This document shows, one piece after another, positions 13,661-26,020 of a stretch of 64,000 bases of DNA. The notes under the pieces were generated by a model. That model ran no database searches. It was not told the origin of the DNA and saw only the letters and a program-made list of their open reading frames with translations. Every line of letters begins with the position of its first letter. Positions within the stretch are counted from its first letter, which is position 1. Source of the stretch: Squalus acanthias (taxonomy: Eukaryota); NCBI GenBank assembly GCA_030390025.1, contig CM059433.1, forward strand, positions 5,022,001 to 5,086,000. Reading direction: 5' to 3'. The translations under genes were made by a program, and so were the position numbers.

Positions 13661-13877
13661 TGTAGTTTGAAATATAGCTGTGTTTCATCCAGCTGCAAAA
13701 ACACATTCTACAAACTTAAAAAAAAATCGTGTACAGTTAACTTCGTTTTGCTCCTCTTCTACCCGATTATTTCTGTTTAGTTTAGTTTTTCATTTTCTAA
13801 TCCTTTCTGCACTAACTTAAGCTATGAAAAATAAACATCTTTACTTTTCTACTTGTCTGTTGCCTTGGTTTTCTCAG

Positions 13878-14099
13878 TTCGTATCACTCAGTCCCACACT
13901 ACGGAGTCCATGTCTTTTAGCTACAAGCGCTCTTCCACCTCGGTCACCATTGCCACTAAGCCCTCTTATTCTCACCTCCGTGATTCTGATTCTGAGTCTG
14001 ACTCAGACGAAGACACAGAGTCCTTTGTACGCACACAGTCTGACCCTGACTCTGAGCCTGAGCCTGAACCTGATCCTGAACTTGAACCTGATTCTGCAG
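13878..14099 (+). CDS. ROCK2: ROCK2 alternative cassette exon, ROCK2m (exon 27')-like, 74 aa Ser/acidic insert
   Basis: ttttctcag|TTCGT...TGCAG|gtgacg; 222 nt, phase 1->1, open in frame; VRITQSHTTESMSFSYKRSSTSVTIATKPS...DSESDSDEDT...EPEPEPDPELEPDSA; lies between the DDGFP and ESRLEG exons. Confidence 0.85.
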
Positions 14100-15062
14100 G
14101 TGACGTACTGCATGCGACTGAGTACCATTTGCTTTTTAAAAACTCAGTTATTAGAGTTTGCCTAACGGTCTTGATAAACGCAAAGATTGAGATGCCAAAA
14201 TGTTGTTTGAAGGAGAGTATAACTGCATGCAGGAGGATACAGAAGCAAAGAATGAAGAAAATGGCATTTAAAAAAAAAGAGTGTTGCAAAAGCTCCATTT
14301 TACCTTTTATAAAAAGCTATCTCTTAACCTTTTTTAATGGCATTGACCTACTTGTAGGAACTTAATTTTAATCAATACATTCATCCAAAAGAGCCAGTGA
14401 AAATGCTGAAGTGTAACCTTGTTAACTTTTAATTAAATTCTTGGCAAGGCTGATCCCCCTAACCTCTTGAGTGTTGATTATGTGGCTTTTGTTCTGGCTT
14501 GCAATGCAAATTCTAGGTTCAAGCTTGTTTTATCTTGTTTAGACTAGTTAATATTAAAAGGATCCAGTTATTTGGACAAGTTGCAATTTAAGAATTTAAT
14601 GGACTTGTCAAATTTTAATTATTTTATCTTTAGTAAGTTTTGGGTATTTATGTGGCACTTTCTTTGAGTAATAAATGGTGAGGAGGCTCAAGAAAAAGCT
14701 ACACATTGCAGTCTAGTTTAAAATGAGGATTGAAATTAAAATGGAGTGTTCTGCAGGTTTGGTTCCTGAATTTCTTCAGCTTAAGACTGACGCACAAATT
14801 GATGCTCCACTGAAGTATGAAGATGTGCTTCTAGTCTGGCAGCAATTTTCAAGCCTGTATGGTTAGCAATAACCTGATAGCTGTGAACCATAAAGTAAAA
14901 AGTGAATAGTTAGCTTAGATTTTTATATTCAGAAAACTTACAAAATATGGTACCGGTTGTCAAAACTGCCAGGGAACAAAGTGCAGATACTTTGTTTCCT
15001 GGATGCAAGAATTTTTGGTCAACTGCCATTGTGTTTTTTTAAATTGCATTTCCATTTTTTAG

Positions 15063-15133
15063 AATCCAGATTGGAAGGTTGGCTTTCCTTGCCGATGAGG
15101 AACAACACAAAGAAATTCCTATGGCGAAAACAG
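15063..15133 (+). CDS. ROCK2: ROCK2 internal exon (PH domain start)
   Basis: tttttag|AATCC...AAACAG|gtatga; 71 nt, phase 1->0; ESRLEGWLSLPMRNNTKKFLWRKQ. Confidence 0.96.
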
Positions 15134-15569
15134 GTATGATTGTTCCTTCCAAAGAAATTCCCTTTTAATGATTATCTGGATTAGCAATCATCAGCTCGAT
15201 AAAGTATGTTGTTTGAAACTTGGCTTTGGGATATATACTGGTAGATCTCTGTGTAAGTTTTGGTGATGAGTGTGCAGGGGGACAGCCAGTTATATCTGTC
15301 TTTTATGGCTCACAGTCAAAAGGTGGTTAGCAGAATGGGAGAATAATATAACTGCATATAGCTTTGGATGTTTTGATGAATGATCTGTGTAATCGCCTGC
15401 TAAATTCTGTTTACAAGATTTGGTTGATTTGTAGACATCAAAAACAAAATTTCTGTATAATTACCTATGTGGAAAAATCTTTGGATAAAGTTTTTTTTTG
15501 TAAATACAGATTTTAGTCATTTTGGTTAGTAGAATTTCTGTAGCGCATATTAAAGATTTAACTAGGGTT

Positions 15570-18500
15570 GCTACTCATCCCCATCTTCACTCCCTCAAGT
15601 CCAAGTGGCACGGACTTGAACGTATCCAGCGCACAACTGGTTTAGCCATCAATCACCAAATCTGGCTGGACCACATCTAAGTGTTACCAGGCCTCAGTCT
15701 CCTATGTCAAAACTGCTCACTACTCCAGTATAATGCTGGAGAGCAAAGATCATCCCCGAGTTTGTTTCTTCACTACCAGCCATCTCCTTTAAACTGCTCT
15801 CCTTCCCCCTCCACCCTCACCCCCAACAAGTGCAAGGAGCTCATGGACTTCTTTGTCATTAAGGTTGAGGCCTATCCGTTCAGCTGCCACTACTGCTTCC
15901 CTTCTTCACCTTATCCACCGCCAAACCTCTTCCTCCCCCCGCCCCCCCACCCTAGCCTTGATCCCGTGTCCTTCTCTAGTTTCTCTCCTATCTCCCCTCA
16001 TGTCCACTCTGAGCTCGTCTTGTCCATAAAACCCATTCCTTCTCCCTTGACCCCATTCCCACTATTGACTGACTGACACTACTTAAACTGCTGACCACTC
16101 AAGTTGCCTTCTTCGCCCCCATACTAGCTGACGTTGTAAATGGTTCCCTCTCCTCGGGTACTGACCCTCTCCCTTTCAAAACCGCTGTCCTCACACCATC
16201 CTCAGAAAACCCACCCTAGACCTCTGTGTCTTTGCAAACTGTCATCCTATTTCCAACCTTCCTTTCCTCTTCAAAGCCCTTGAATGTGTTGTCACCTCCC
16301 AAATCTGTGCCCATCTTTACAGCACTCCCAGGTTTGAATCTCTCCAATCTCCGGTTTCCACCCCGCCACAGCACTGAAACAGCACTATTCCAAAGTCACA
16401 AGTGACATCGTCTGTGACCGTAGTGCATTTTTCCTCCTCGTCCTCTGCTTTTTTTGCAGCCTTTGACACAGTCGGCCCTTGCTTAGTTCCAATCTTACCG
16501 ACCTGATCATAGCCAAAGCATCTCCAGAAATCACTTCTCTTTCCATCCCCACACCATTGCTTCTAGAGTCCCCGAAGGATATATCCTTGGCCCCTTTCTC
16601 TTCCTAATTTACATGCTGCCCCTTGGCAGCATCATCTGAAGACATGGGGTTGAAGGGATATTTACTAGTCCTCGCCCCTTTAGGGCTACCCTGGATCAGG
16701 TGTATTTCTCAGATGTTCACTTTCAACTAAAGTTTGAGGTAGCCGAATCCTAAAGATGCTTAACTGGGTCTAAAGGTCCGGACTATCTCTCCCTAAAGGA
16801 AAGGAACAACCCGAGAATGTTGCCGTCCTCCAGATAGCGCTTTTAATAAGTTTAGCTAGACTGTAACGTCCCAGATATTATGAGGGTCTGGAAAACTCCC
16901 TCAGAATTCTGCAACTCCTCACCAAAGAGTGTACAGAGATTGAGTTCGCGAGTTTTTGATACAGAAGTCTTATGTGAGATAATTCTAAAAATATATAGAT
17001 TTATTAAAGAACCGACATGCAATTTACAGTTGGTGAATCAGTCAATCGCAACATTAACCTGTTCTAAAAAGAGAAAAAATGCTATCTTATTAACAGAGAA
17101 TCTTACTTTTAAATCTTAACTTCGCTACAGTATCACAGTTCTTAAAGTTCTATATACAGGATATATCCATCAATATCAAATACCTTTGATCCCTGAGGTA
17201 CAAAGATTGGTAGACTACAGAGCCGCCTCTGAAGCCGAGAATCGCTTTGCCCGATTAAAGCGAGTCTGTTATCCCATTTGAGAGTTCAATATTTATACCC
17301 TTTTCCAGTGGTATTTCCTTTAAGGTTTTCTGCTGATGTAAGCTAATTATCTCGTCATTTTTCTGCTGACCTCTGCAACTCTTACTGCCACCTCAGCCAG
17401 AATCTTGTCTCATCTCTAGGTGTTCTAAGTTTGCCATATAAAAACGGTGTGACGCAGGTGTTCCTTACTTTGTCATCTTTACAAGGGCAGATGTTCCTTA
17501 TCTTATGTGCTTTACGAAGTGTAAATTAGAACACCTTATCCAGGGTGAACCATTGTTTTTTCCCCAAAAGGTCAGCCTGTCGGAGCCCTTCACCTTCTGT
17601 TTCAATAAGGTTATTTATTCAGGGTCAACAACTATCTTATCTCAATAGCCAGAATGCTTTCATAGCTATTTCATAGTTAGGTTTCTAAATTTCCAAACCC
17701 AGTTTGTCCTGTTTTAATAAGGCCAGAATTCTTTCATAAGATAGTGTATTTTTCTGAATAGGTTATATGGCTTATTCCTTCACAGGGTCAGCTTCCACAT
17801 GGTTGCTATCACCTTTCTCGACTCCTCCAACTGCTTCTGTGCCACATCAGTCTTGGATGAGCTGCAATTTACTCCAGTTAAATATTGGCAGGACTAAAGT
17901 TGTCATCTCCATTTCCCACTACAAACTCCATACACTTGCCATCAATTTCATTCCCCTCCCCTGCCCATTATCTTAGGTTGAATCAAACTGTTCATAACCT
18001 CTACTGACCCCATATCCTCCCCATCGCAAAGACTGCCTACTTCCACCTTACCTTCTGCCCGTGCCTGAGCCAAACTGCTGTTGAAACTCTTATCCTTGCC
18101 TCTGTCAGCTCCATACTATATTTCAATGCTCTGCTGGCTGGCTTCCCATCTTCCACGCTCTATAAACTTCAGCTCATCCAAAATTCTGCTGCCAATATCC
18201 TATCCTGCATGGAGTCCTGCTCACCCATCACTACTGTCTTTGCTGACCTACATTGACTTCTAGACCCCCAAAGCCTTAAATTTAAATTTCTCATTCTCAT
18301 GTTTAAATCCCTTCATGGCCTTTCCCATCCCTATCTCTGTAATCCCCTACAACCCGAACCAGAACTCTGTGTTCCTCTGACTCTGGCCTCTTATACATCC
18401 TTCTCTCTTCACCAAAAGCCTGTGAATACTGGGTGAATTGAAATTTTTGAGATTGATAGATTTTTGTTAGGTAATGATAGTAAGGAATATGGAGCAATGG

Positions 18501-18830
18501 CGGATAAATGGAGTTGAGGTACAGATCAGCCATGATTTAGTAGAATGGGTGAACAGGCTCGAGGGGTTGAATGGCCTACTCCTCTTCCTATGTTTTCCCC
18601 TTCCGTTCGCTCCACCATTGGTGGCCGGGCCTTCAGCTGTTGAGGCTCTATCCTCTGGAATTCTACCCCCAAACCTGTCTGCCCCGCTCCTCCTCAAAAC
18701 ACACTTCTTTGACCAAGCCACCCTCCTAATATCGTTCGGCATCCATTTTTGTCTGTTTATGCCTCTCTGAAGCAACTTTGAAACATTTTTCTACATTTAA
18801 AGATGCTCTATAAATGCAAGCTGTTGTTGT
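15570..18830 (+). mobile_element. L2 LINE, degenerate, interrupted by a solo LTR and a CR1 tail fragment (~18410-18595)
   Basis: Colinear with the L2 at 45745-48172; L2 tail ..tataaatgcaagctgttgttg. Confidence 0.8.
16651..17784 (-). mobile_element. Solo LTR (1134 bp)
   Basis: TG..CA ends (TGAAGGGA..TTCCTTCACA); 4-bp TSD GGGT; splits L2 cleanly; TATAAA (17292-17297) and ATTAAA (16842-16847) in order on the - strand. Confidence 0.75.
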
Positions 18831-18847
18831 GTGATATAACTGTTCAT

Positions 18848-19292
18848 GGGCAACACGGTGGCATAGTGGTTAGCACTGGTGCCTCACAGCGCCAGAGACC
18901 CGGGTTCGAATCTGACCTCGGGTGACTGTCTGTGTGGAGTTTGCACATTCTCCCCGTGTCTGCGTGGGTTTCCTCCGGGTGCTCCGGTTTCCTCCCACAG
19001 TCCAAAAATGTGTGGGTTAGGTTGATTTGGCTATGATAAATTGACCCTTAGTGTTAGGGGGGATTAAATATGTGGGGTTATGGGGATAGGATGGGATATG
19101 TTAGGGGGAATTAAATACGTGGGGTTACGGGGGTAGGGTGGGATATGTGTACTGTGGGGATTAAAGCAGGGACAGGGTACTGGATTTGGATGATCAGCCA
19201 TGATCATATTGAATGGCGGAGCAGGCTCGACGGGCCGAATGGCCTACTCCTGCTCCTAGATTCTATGTTTCTATGTTTCTATGTTTCTATGT
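18848..19292 (+). mobile_element. HE1-type V-SINE (tRNA head, V domain, CR1 tail)
   Basis: Box A TGGCATAGTGG, box B GGTTCGAATC, V domain ggagtttgcacattctccccgtgtctgcgtgggtttcctccgggtgctccgg, CR1-like tail ending (TTCTATGT)n. Confidence 0.9.
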
Positions 19293-19452
19293 GATGAGTC
19301 CTAATAGAGGGACGGTACGGAAATTTTTTGTTTTCGGTATCTGAATTTAAAAAGAAATCATTTTACAAAGTTTTAACAAAAAACAGTTCAAGACTTGTCT
19401 CTATTAGTTTAGTTTGTTCTGAAGCAAGTATATCTTTTCTTCTGTTTTACAG

Positions 19453-19541
19453 TATGTAGTTGTGAGCAGTAAGAAGATCCTATTTTATGACAGTGAGCAG
19501 GACAAAGAATTGTCTAATCCTTCTATGGTGTTGGATATAGA
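19453..19541 (+). CDS. ROCK2: ROCK2 internal exon (PH domain)
   Basis: ttttacag|TATGTA...ATAGA|gtaagt; 89 nt, phase 0->2; YVVVSSKKILFYDSEQDKELSNPSMVLDI. Confidence 0.97.
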
Positions 19542-21208
19542 GTAAGTAGCTACATTTATTCATATAAAAATGAGTATTAAGGGAGTAGTTGATGCAGTAA
19601 GTTATAACGGTCCTGCAGGTAAAGTGAGTTTGGGTTGTACAAACCCACCTGCTATTTGGCACTAAATTGGAGGTCTCATTCTGTTACAAGCATAGCAGGT
19701 ATGAGAAACAGAAAAGCTAATGGAGTAAGGAGTACTCTTCTAAGCGTGTGCACTCCCTACACCATTAGTGTTTCCATTTTCCGTATGATTTGTCTTTGTT
19801 ACTGAATGAGTTTGCCAATTTAGTACAGTTAACCGAAGGTTTTCTGTGTTTGGCCTGTACCATACCAGGAGTGTCAGATGCTGACAATTAGTGCCTAAAG
19901 TGGAAAGTGCTTTCCCTTCCTTTGTACTGGCCTCATTAACCTTTATATTTATTTTCTGTGTTAACCTCTTACTCTTGAGTACGGAGGTAGTCGTTACAAA
20001 ACCTTTATCATGTATATAAAATCATGCTGTCTTTTGTGGCCTCTGAAAGTCATTCATTAGTTTCCCACATCAATAACAAATTAAAATTATTTTATATATT
20101 CAAAGCAGAATACATTTGAGGAGCCATAACACTATCTCATGGAAGTGTTGGATATGAATGTAATTGTCTTCTGACAGCCCTGTATAATTCATCCATTAGT
20201 TTTAGTAAGGTGCCCAAGTTATACTGAGATGCCATATTGAACAATATATTATATAAGTGGTGTTATAATAGAATTGTCAGTGTCCAGATGGTGTGATCTC
20301 ACTTCATCGCTGTTTCATCTGCAAGTTTGCTGTCCCATTCACTTTTAATTTCAGTTCAGTTGCACATGTAGGAGACATTCTCAGATGCCTGCCAGAAACC
20401 TTCAACAGTTTGTAAAGCCTCTGATCTACACTTTCAATTAATCTTGGAATCTTTCATTGCTTTATATTCAATGTCCTCCTGTGGTGTGAACGGGATTGCA
20501 GACAGCAACTGAAAATTCAATAAAATGCACTTCTTAAAATAAAATGCCGTGCAATTTTGGTAATTAATATTTGAGACTGTTATGTACAGATGTTTTAGTG
20601 TCTAACTTTACCTTGAGCAAGGATAAATGCTATGATGAAACTTCAGAGCTACACCGTCTTCATTATTTTCTCATGATCCTTGTTTTCACTTTAGTATGAA
20701 TGATGAAGTAGTTACAAACTGTCAATCTTAGCAGAAGCATCAAAAATTATTTAAATGAACAACTACTTTCAAAATGAAAACTGGATAGAAATAATAACAT
20801 TTATCTGCTGTTTAAAAAGGTTCTGTATGTTTTTTCCCATAGTATAAAAATGTACCTGCAGAGAGGGATCAATTATCTTTTCATGTTATAGTAGCACATT
20901 ATCAATCCATATCTGCTTATCCTCTGTAGTTCCCCATGGTTAGATGCAGTGATGGAAGCTTAGTGAGCATATCTTACCTTTTCCACCTTTGCTGTCACGT
21001 AACATCATTATAGAGCAAAAGGGGTGACGTGTTTAGGAAGATTAATAAATAGAGAAGGGGTGCTGGTCTGGTACAGCAATAAGAGTGGCTTTCACTTTTT
21101 CTTGATTTGTTTTTAAGTGGGTACGTTTTAAAATTGATTTTGGTAATGTGCTAGAATCATATCAGTATGTCTGAGATTTATCATTTTAATGTTGCTGCTT
21201 TTTCATAG

Positions 21209-21287
21209 CAAACTTTTCCACGTTCGGCCAGTTACACAGGGTGATGTATATAGAGCGGATGCCAAAGAGATTCCCAGAATATTTCAG
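21209..21287 (+). CDS. ROCK2: ROCK2 internal exon (PH domain)
   Basis: ttcatag|CAAAC...TTTCAG|gtaagt; 79 nt, phase 2->0; DKLFHVRPVTQGDVYRADAKEIPRIFQ. Confidence 0.97.
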
Positions 21288-21427
21288 GTAAGTGGGACTT
21301 CACTGGGTTTCAACGGCAGATGTAGTAAAGAGCTGTTGTTTATACATACTCTTAAAACATTTTAATTATGATCAATTTTAAGTTTTCAAACTGACTGGCA
21401 TTAAAATGTGTGTTGTATGCTTTATAG

Positions 21428-21695
21428 ATCCTTTATGCTAATGAGGGAGAGAGTAGAAAGGAGCAAGAGTTTCCTGTGGAACCTCCTGCTTTGGGAGAGA
21501 AGTCGAGCTACATTCCTCACAAAGGTCATGAATTTATACCAACGCTCTACCATTTCCCAACCAACTGTGAGGCCTGTCCCAAGCCACTGTGGCACATGTT
21601 TAAACCCCCACCAGCTCTGGAGTGTCGCCGTTGCCATATCAAATGCCACAAAGATCACATGGATAAAAAAGAGGACCTTATAGCACCATGTAAAG
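21428..21695 (+). CDS. ROCK2: ROCK2 internal exon (C1 zinc-finger domain)
   Basis: tttatag|ATCCTT...AAAG|gtaggt; 268 nt, phase 0->1; ILYANEGES...HKGHEFIPTLYHFPTNCEACPKPLWHMFKPPPALECRRCHIKCHKDHMDKKEDLIAPCK. Confidence 0.98.
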
Positions 21696-22159
21696 GTAGG
21701 TATCAACACATGTCCCCATTTTATATTATACAGAATATAGTGCAAAGTATGATGTATTAGCAGTTTGCTTACATCTTAAAACATAAAGATCCACCTGTAA
21801 TAAAATTCAGCAAAAATTGCAGATTGCAAATAATTTGAAAGTGTGTTTGGAAAATTGCTTTTTGTAATTATGCAGTATTCTCCTTCAATGTGTGTTTGTA
21901 ATTAAATTTGTTTCCAATTGCATTTCTTTGCCCCAAAAGGTATTGAGTATTAAGATTTGGATTCTCTTCCCAACATTCTTTAGTCTTAGTCATCACAAAA
22001 GACAACTCTTATGGCTGATCAAAACATAACTCTTGAGTGTAGTGAATGGGCTATAACAATCTACCTTTTTCACCTTCTGCTTTATATTAAAAATAGTACA
22101 GGTTGCCCACAGGTATACTTCTAATCTGATTGTTTGAAAAACACCAGACTAACAAGCTA

Positions 22160-22533
22160 TTGAAACATACAAGATTCTGAAGGGGATTGACAGGGTAGAT
22201 GCTGAGAGGTTGTTTCCCTAGGCTGGAGTGTCTAGAACTAGGGGGCATAGTCTCAGGATAAGGGGTAGGCCATTTAAGACTGAGATGAGGAGGAATTTCT
22301 TCACTGAGGGTTGTGAATCTTTGGAATTCTCTGCCCCAGGGGGCTGTGAATGCTGAGTCTTTGAGTATATTCAAGACTGAGATCGATAGATTTTTGGACT
22401 CATGGGGAATCAAGGGATACGGAGATGGGGCGGGAAAGTGGAGTTGAGGTCGCTGATCAGCCATGATCTTATTGAATGGCGGAGCAGGCTCGAGGGGCCG
22501 TATGGCCCACTCCTGCTTTTATGTCTTATGTTC
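22160..22533 (+). mobile_element. CR1 3' fragment
   Basis: Matches the 3' ~380 nt of the copy at 11830-13660. Confidence 0.85.
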
Positions 22534-22548
22534 TGAAACAAATACTTT

Positions 22549-24304
22549 GGCCGCGATTTTGCCGGCGTTCGGAGACGGGTCAGCCGTTAAATTTGAAATG
22601 ATTGACGGCACGTTGGGAACCTGCCATGAACCCGCCTCCATGTAAGTTTCCAAAGTGTCGGGTCTGCGATTTCAGAACAGACCCGACACCAAGCAGCGGG
22701 TGAGGCATTTAAGATAGTTAACTGCTTGTTAAGTGCTTGTTAACTACTATTTTGCCAGCTTTTTTCTATTTTCCCACATTTTCGACGGGGTTCCCGTCGT
22801 TCGGAAATCACGTCGGGTAAGTAGGTCGGGTTCTCTATGTCTCCCCATTGCTGTGAATAGGTGACAGCTGCAAAAGTGGTCTGAAAGCTATCATTTCACA
22901 GCTGGTCACTTTCCAATGTCAGAAGCTTGAGCCTTCAGGACTTGGAAGACACTTTTGAGCTGTATGCAGTTTGAAAGTGTTTGGAGTAAACTCTCTATCC
23001 ACTGTCACCTCCTTGGAGCAAGCTCTCTCCCCATTGACAGATCGCTTCTGTCATCTCAACTTCAGCTGCCGTGTATTCCAGCAACATCGGTGCCCTTGAT
23101 AAAATCTCACCTTGGTCCTCTGAATCCCACCGCGATCAGCCCCAGCACCAACATCACCAGGCATACCAACATCACCAACCTTCTCCGCAATCTCCTGATG
23201 CTGCACAAGCATCAGCACCCGACCACATTGCTGCCTGGGATGCCAGCGATGGCCTCACCATGTCCAGATTTGCTTCACTTAACACTGTACACCCTGGCTG
23301 CCACATGATGTACCAGGTTGGCACCACCCCACATCAGCACCATAAAGCATCACTACAATGTCCAAACCATTCCTTTCATCAACATTGGTGGCGGGGGTAC
23401 CGTTATGTCTCACCATTCACTGCAACTCACTGAGCCACTTCCAAAGGTGCACACAAATCTTTCCAAGAATGCAAAGTGTTCAAAATAAAGATTTCAATGT
23501 TTGACACCACATTACCAGAAACTTCACATGACCATTGGATAAACCACCCAAGTGCCTACCCTTGTGTGTTGTTAGTTGGTATGTTTGCAGTAGGTTGAGG
23601 GTGAGTGTGAGGGGTGGCTAGTGAGATGGGGAATGTGATAATATAGATAGAGAGGGATGGGTGGAGGTGCAAGGTAAGTTGGTGTGAGTAAGGATGTGCA
23701 GGAGTAGGGTAGGGAAGGCAGAGTGATGGGGATGTGATGAGTTGCACAGCAGGATGAGGTTGAGTGTGGCATTGCAGTAACGTTTCGTGATCTACTGAGA
23801 TCATTGAAAGGTTTGCGCCAGTGCAGCCTCTTCCTCCTGACGACATCCCTGCTTGTGCCCTCTTGTGCAATGTGCAACCAGGCTGCATTGGTCTCCTGGG
23901 AGTTCTCTTCCGCCCATTGGAAGGGAAGAGAATCTCCCTGCGTGCTGTGACTCCCTCCATAAGCATATGGAGGGATTCATGCTGGAGCCTGGGTGTAGCC
24001 GTGCACCTCTGTGCAGTGCTAGTCAGTGTTTGCAGCACCTCAATGCTGCAGAACAGTGACAGCACAACTGTCAAAAAATGAATGTTGCCATGGTCCCTTT
24101 AAGGAAACCGACTGATGACGCATCATCAAATGACATCATCAGACCCGCTTCCTTTTAATTGGCCAGCAACCCCGCAGGGCGGGCTTAACAAGCCCTATTA
24201 ACGGAAAATCCTTTTGACAGAGCGGCTGCAGCCAAGAGCGGGACCGGAACCCGCCCACCAGCTCTCCTGCCGCAAACCCGCCTCCGCTGGGAAAATCTAA
24301 CCCC
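22549..24304 (-). mobile_element. PIF/Harbinger-type DNA element with a frameshifted Myb/SANT-like ORF
   Basis: Imperfect TIRs GGCCGCGATTTTGCCGGCG / GGGGTTAGATTTTCCCAGCG; 3-bp TSD TTT; interrupts a CR1; - strand ATPRLQHESLHMLMEGVTARREILF..ETNAAWLHIAQE..WRKPFNDL. Confidence 0.72.
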
Positions 24305-26020
24305 TTTGTGCCTGTCTTCACGGAAAAAGACGCAAAAAACTTCCTGGAAATAGTGGAGAACCAAGGGTCTAGCGAGAATGGAGGACTGAAAGAAATTAGT
24401 ATTAGTAAAAAAAAAAGTAGTGCTGGAGAAATTAATGGAACTGAAAGCCGATAAATCCCCTGGACCTGATGGCCTACATCCTAGGGTTTTGAAAGAGGTG
24501 GCTATAGAGATAGTGGATGCATTGGTTGTAATTTTCTAAAATTCCATAGATTCTGGAACGGTTTGTGCGGATTGGAAGGTAGCAAATGTAACCCCACTAT
24601 TTAAGAAAGGAGGGAGAGAGAAAACGCGGAACTACAGACCTGTTAAACTGACATCAGTAGTAGGGAAAATGCTACAATCTATTATTAAGGACATGGTAAC
24701 AGGGCTTAGAAAACTTAGAAAATAATAATAGGATTGGGCAGAGTCAACACGGATTTATGAAAGGGAAATCGTGTTTGACAAATCTGTTCGAGTTTTTTGA
24801 GGTTGTAACTAGCAGAATAGATAAGGGGGAACCAATGGATATGGTGTATTTAAATTTTCAGAAGGCATTTGATAAGGTGCCACACAAGAGGTTATTAAAC
24901 AAAATTAGGGCTCATGGGATTGGGGGTAATATACTAGCATGGATTGAGGATTGGTTAATGTACAGAAAACAGAGAGTAGGAATAAACGGGTAATTTTCGG
25001 GTTGGCAGGCTGTAACTAGTGGGGTACCACAAGGATCAGTGCTGGGCCTCAGCTATTCACAATCTATATCGATAATTTGGATGAGGGGACCAAATGTAAT
25101 ATATCCAAGTTTGCTGATGATACAAAGCTGGGTGGGAATGTAAGTTGTGAGGAGGATGCAAAGAGGCTTCAAGGGGATATAGACAGGCTAAGTGAGTGGG
25201 CAAGAACATGGCAAATGGAATATAATGTGGAGAAATGTGAAGTTATCCACTTTGGTAGGAAAAATAGAAAAGCAGAGTATTTTTTAAATGGTGAGAGATT
25301 GGGAAATGTTGGTGTTCAGAGGGACCTGGGTGTCCTTGTACACGAATCACTGAAAGTTAACATGCAGGTACAGCAAACAATTGGGAAAGCAAATGCTATG
25401 TTGGCCTTTATTACAAGAGGATTTGAGTATAAGAGTAAAGATGTCTTACTGCAATTATATAAGGCCCTGGTGAGACCACACCTGGAGTATTGTGTACAGT
25501 TTTGGTCTCCTTACCTAAGGAAGGATATACATGCCATAGAGGGAGTGCAATGAAGGTTCACCAGACTGATTCCTGGGATGGGGGGGATTGTCCTATGAGG
25601 AGAGATTGAGTAGACTAGGCCTATATTCTCTAGCGTTTAGAAGAATGAGGTGTGATCTCATTGAAGCATACAAAATTCCTACAGGGCTTGACAGGGTAGG
25701 TGCAGTGAGTCTGGAACCAGGGGGCATAGTCTCAGAATAAGGGGTTGGCTGTTTGGGACTGAAATGAGGAGAAATTTCTTCACTCAGAGGGTGGTGAATC
25801 TTTGGAATTCTCTACCCCAGAGGGCTGTGAAGGCTCAGTTGTTGAGTACAGTGTATTCAAGACAGAGATTGATAGATTTTTGCACTATCCCCAAGGGATA
25901 TGGGGATAGTGCAGAAAAGTGGAGTTGAGGTAGAAGATGGCCATGATCTTATTGAATGGCGGAGCAGGCTCGAGGGGCCAAATTGCCTACTCCTGCTCCT
26001 ATTTCTTATGTTCTTATGTA
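24305..26020 (+). mobile_element. CR1 LINE, RT to tail (continues from 22534-22548)
   Basis: KGKSCLTNLFEFFE, SKFADDTKLGG, LVRPHLEYCVQFWSP; tail ttcttatgttcttatgt. Confidence 0.93.

Noticed and set aside
13853..14365. 170-aa ORF as a stand-alone gene
   Set aside because: Only 13878-14099 is bounded by splice sites; the rest is intronic read-through
18848..18925. tRNA gene
   Set aside because: A/B boxes continue into a V domain and LINE tail, so this is a SINE head
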